Source of the DNA: Raillietiella orientalis
Taxonomy: Eukaryota
NCBI GenBank assembly: GCA_036172245.1
Contig: JAYWIR010000013.1
Location: 930,001 to 994,000, forward strand
DNA length: 64,000 nt
Reading direction: 5' to 3'
Shown here piece by piece: positions 62,578 to 64,000 of the stretch; position 1 is the first letter of the stretch; each line of letters opens with the position of its first letter. The position numbers and the translations under genes were made by a program. The notes under the pieces were generated by a model. It was given only the letters and a program-made list of their open reading frames with translations. It made no database searches and was not told the DNA's origin.

Positions 62578-64000
62578 GTGATGTCCTCCTGCTGCTTCCT
62601 GAGCTGGTTCTTCGGCGAGATCGGCTGCGTACACCCAGGGGCGTTCGTCCTTCCGGAAGAGGGCAGCGGCACTGCCCCCGACTTCTCCGTGCAGGAGCGC
62701 TCCGGCCCGTCGGTGAGATCCGTGCGCCCTTCTTCCCTCCATTTGTCCGCCGGCTCCTCCCTCTGCTAGGAGGCGAAGGTGGACGACCCGCGCGTGCCGG
62801 GTGGCCATGCGGCAGCCCCGCCGCCCGCAGCCAGCGACGAACCGATGCTGCTCAGGTCGGGTTCGCGGATCTGCAGATACGGGCTGCTGGACCACTACCA
62901 GCCCAAGGACGCCGTGAACGGTGAGGGGCATCTCCCCGAGAGGATGGGGGGCGGGTCCTCTGCGCCTCGGATGGTGAGCCGCCGGCCGGCGGGTGACATC
63001 CCGCCTGCGTCGCACCGGAGCCAGAGAAAAGTTCTGTTCGAGGAGCCCCTTCTCCCCCGGAGCAGGACCACTTAGTCCCACTCGGACGGAGGTGCTCTCT
63101 GCGGGGCGGAAAGGGGCGGAGGTCGGCTACCCATTCCGCAAAGGGGACGAGGGGGAGCCCGGCTCAGGGAGAGGCGGGGCGAGGTCTCTTCCCAGCGTCG
63201 AGTTCCCTCCCCAGCTCGGGGGGATGGAGGAAAGAGGAAGGAGTTACCCTGCCGGAGGGTCGGCCGGCCTCTCTCCTCCCGCGCGCGCGCCTGTGCTGCC
63301 GCCTCTGGCGCTCTCCACGGAGACCTCCCCTCCCCTGCAGACGTGGAGGACCTCGTGCTGGCGAGCTGCTGCCTCATGCTGGCCTTCTTGTCCTCGTCCC
63401 TGGTTCTGGTCTGCGGCGCGTGGCAGGTGAGGCCCGGTCCTGGAGGCTTCCCACCCTGTCCCGCCCCACTCTCCAGGGTCGGAGGGTGCTGCTGGTACCC
63501 TACCTCTTCTGCGTCTGGCTGGCGGCGCTGGCGGTCCTGCTGGATGCCGTGGCGGCTCTGCGCGTCTACGGGATGTTCAGGGACGTCGACCCCGACCCGT
63601 GGACGTGCTTGGCGCGCGCCGCCGCCGACCTCTTGAACCTGGTCCTCCTGACCTTCTACTTCGTGTGCTGTCTGAGTCACTTCCACGTCCAGGAGGTGCA
63701 CAGGCGGGCGAGGGAGGAGTCCACTAGGGAGCTGCTGCACGTAGGTGAGGATGCGGCCGCCCGCGGCGCACCCCGCGCTGCCCCCTTCCGTCACCCCCGC
63801 AGGGACGCTTCTCGGAGCCCCGGAAGTTCGTAGCCGACCGGGAGCCGGAGGGCGGCGGCACGGAGCACCGCCTTCCGCCGTTCAGCACGCGCGCCTGCGT
63901 GCCCGCCCACGCGGAGGGGATCCTCGCCTACGACACGTCGGTTCAGCAGGACGGTGGCGCGCCGCGCCGGGAGGACACCACGACGTACACTCCGAGGATG
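62578..64000 (+). CDS. Spliced multi-pass (probably 4-TM, LAPTM/DUF4728-like) membrane protein, partial at both ends
   Basis: Phase-compatible GT-AG model with exons 62578-62712, 62770-62920, 63341-63426, 63477-63740, 63803->64000. GC3-rich codons; hydrophobic segments and a LVCGAWQ|GRRVLLVPYL motif. First exon not located. Confidence 0.7.

Overview
Eukaryotic, GC-rich DNA with short GT-AG introns, most likely animal. About 1-49 kb is a dense, nested graveyard of non-LTR retrotransposon relics on both strands. The younger layer is an L1/Tx1-like family (APE endonuclease, RT, C-terminal CCHC finger, T-rich 3' UTR). The older layer is much more decayed restriction-like-endonuclease (NeSL/Utopia/R2-like) elements. 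PIF/Harbinger transposase relics lie at ~11-13, ~40-41 and ~50-58 kb, a TA-flanked pogo/Tigger-like MITE at 33.2 kb, an AT-rich foldback at 58.4-59.3 kb, and a spliced four-TM membrane-protein gene at the right edge. No intact TE ORF was found, and nearly all long ORFs in the track are GC-driven artefacts. Most notable points: (1) ten copies of the L1/Tx1-like family end without a poly(A) tail, in AATAAA-like signal + conserved GC stem-loop + 3 nt, with the end fixed by TSDs; (2) a clear twin-priming 5' inversion; (3) a shared endonuclease deletion suggesting a non-autonomous derivative; (4) four near-identical repeat pairs, all inverted, lying inside diverged paralogous flanks. Relic boundaries are approximate and come from manual motif reading.
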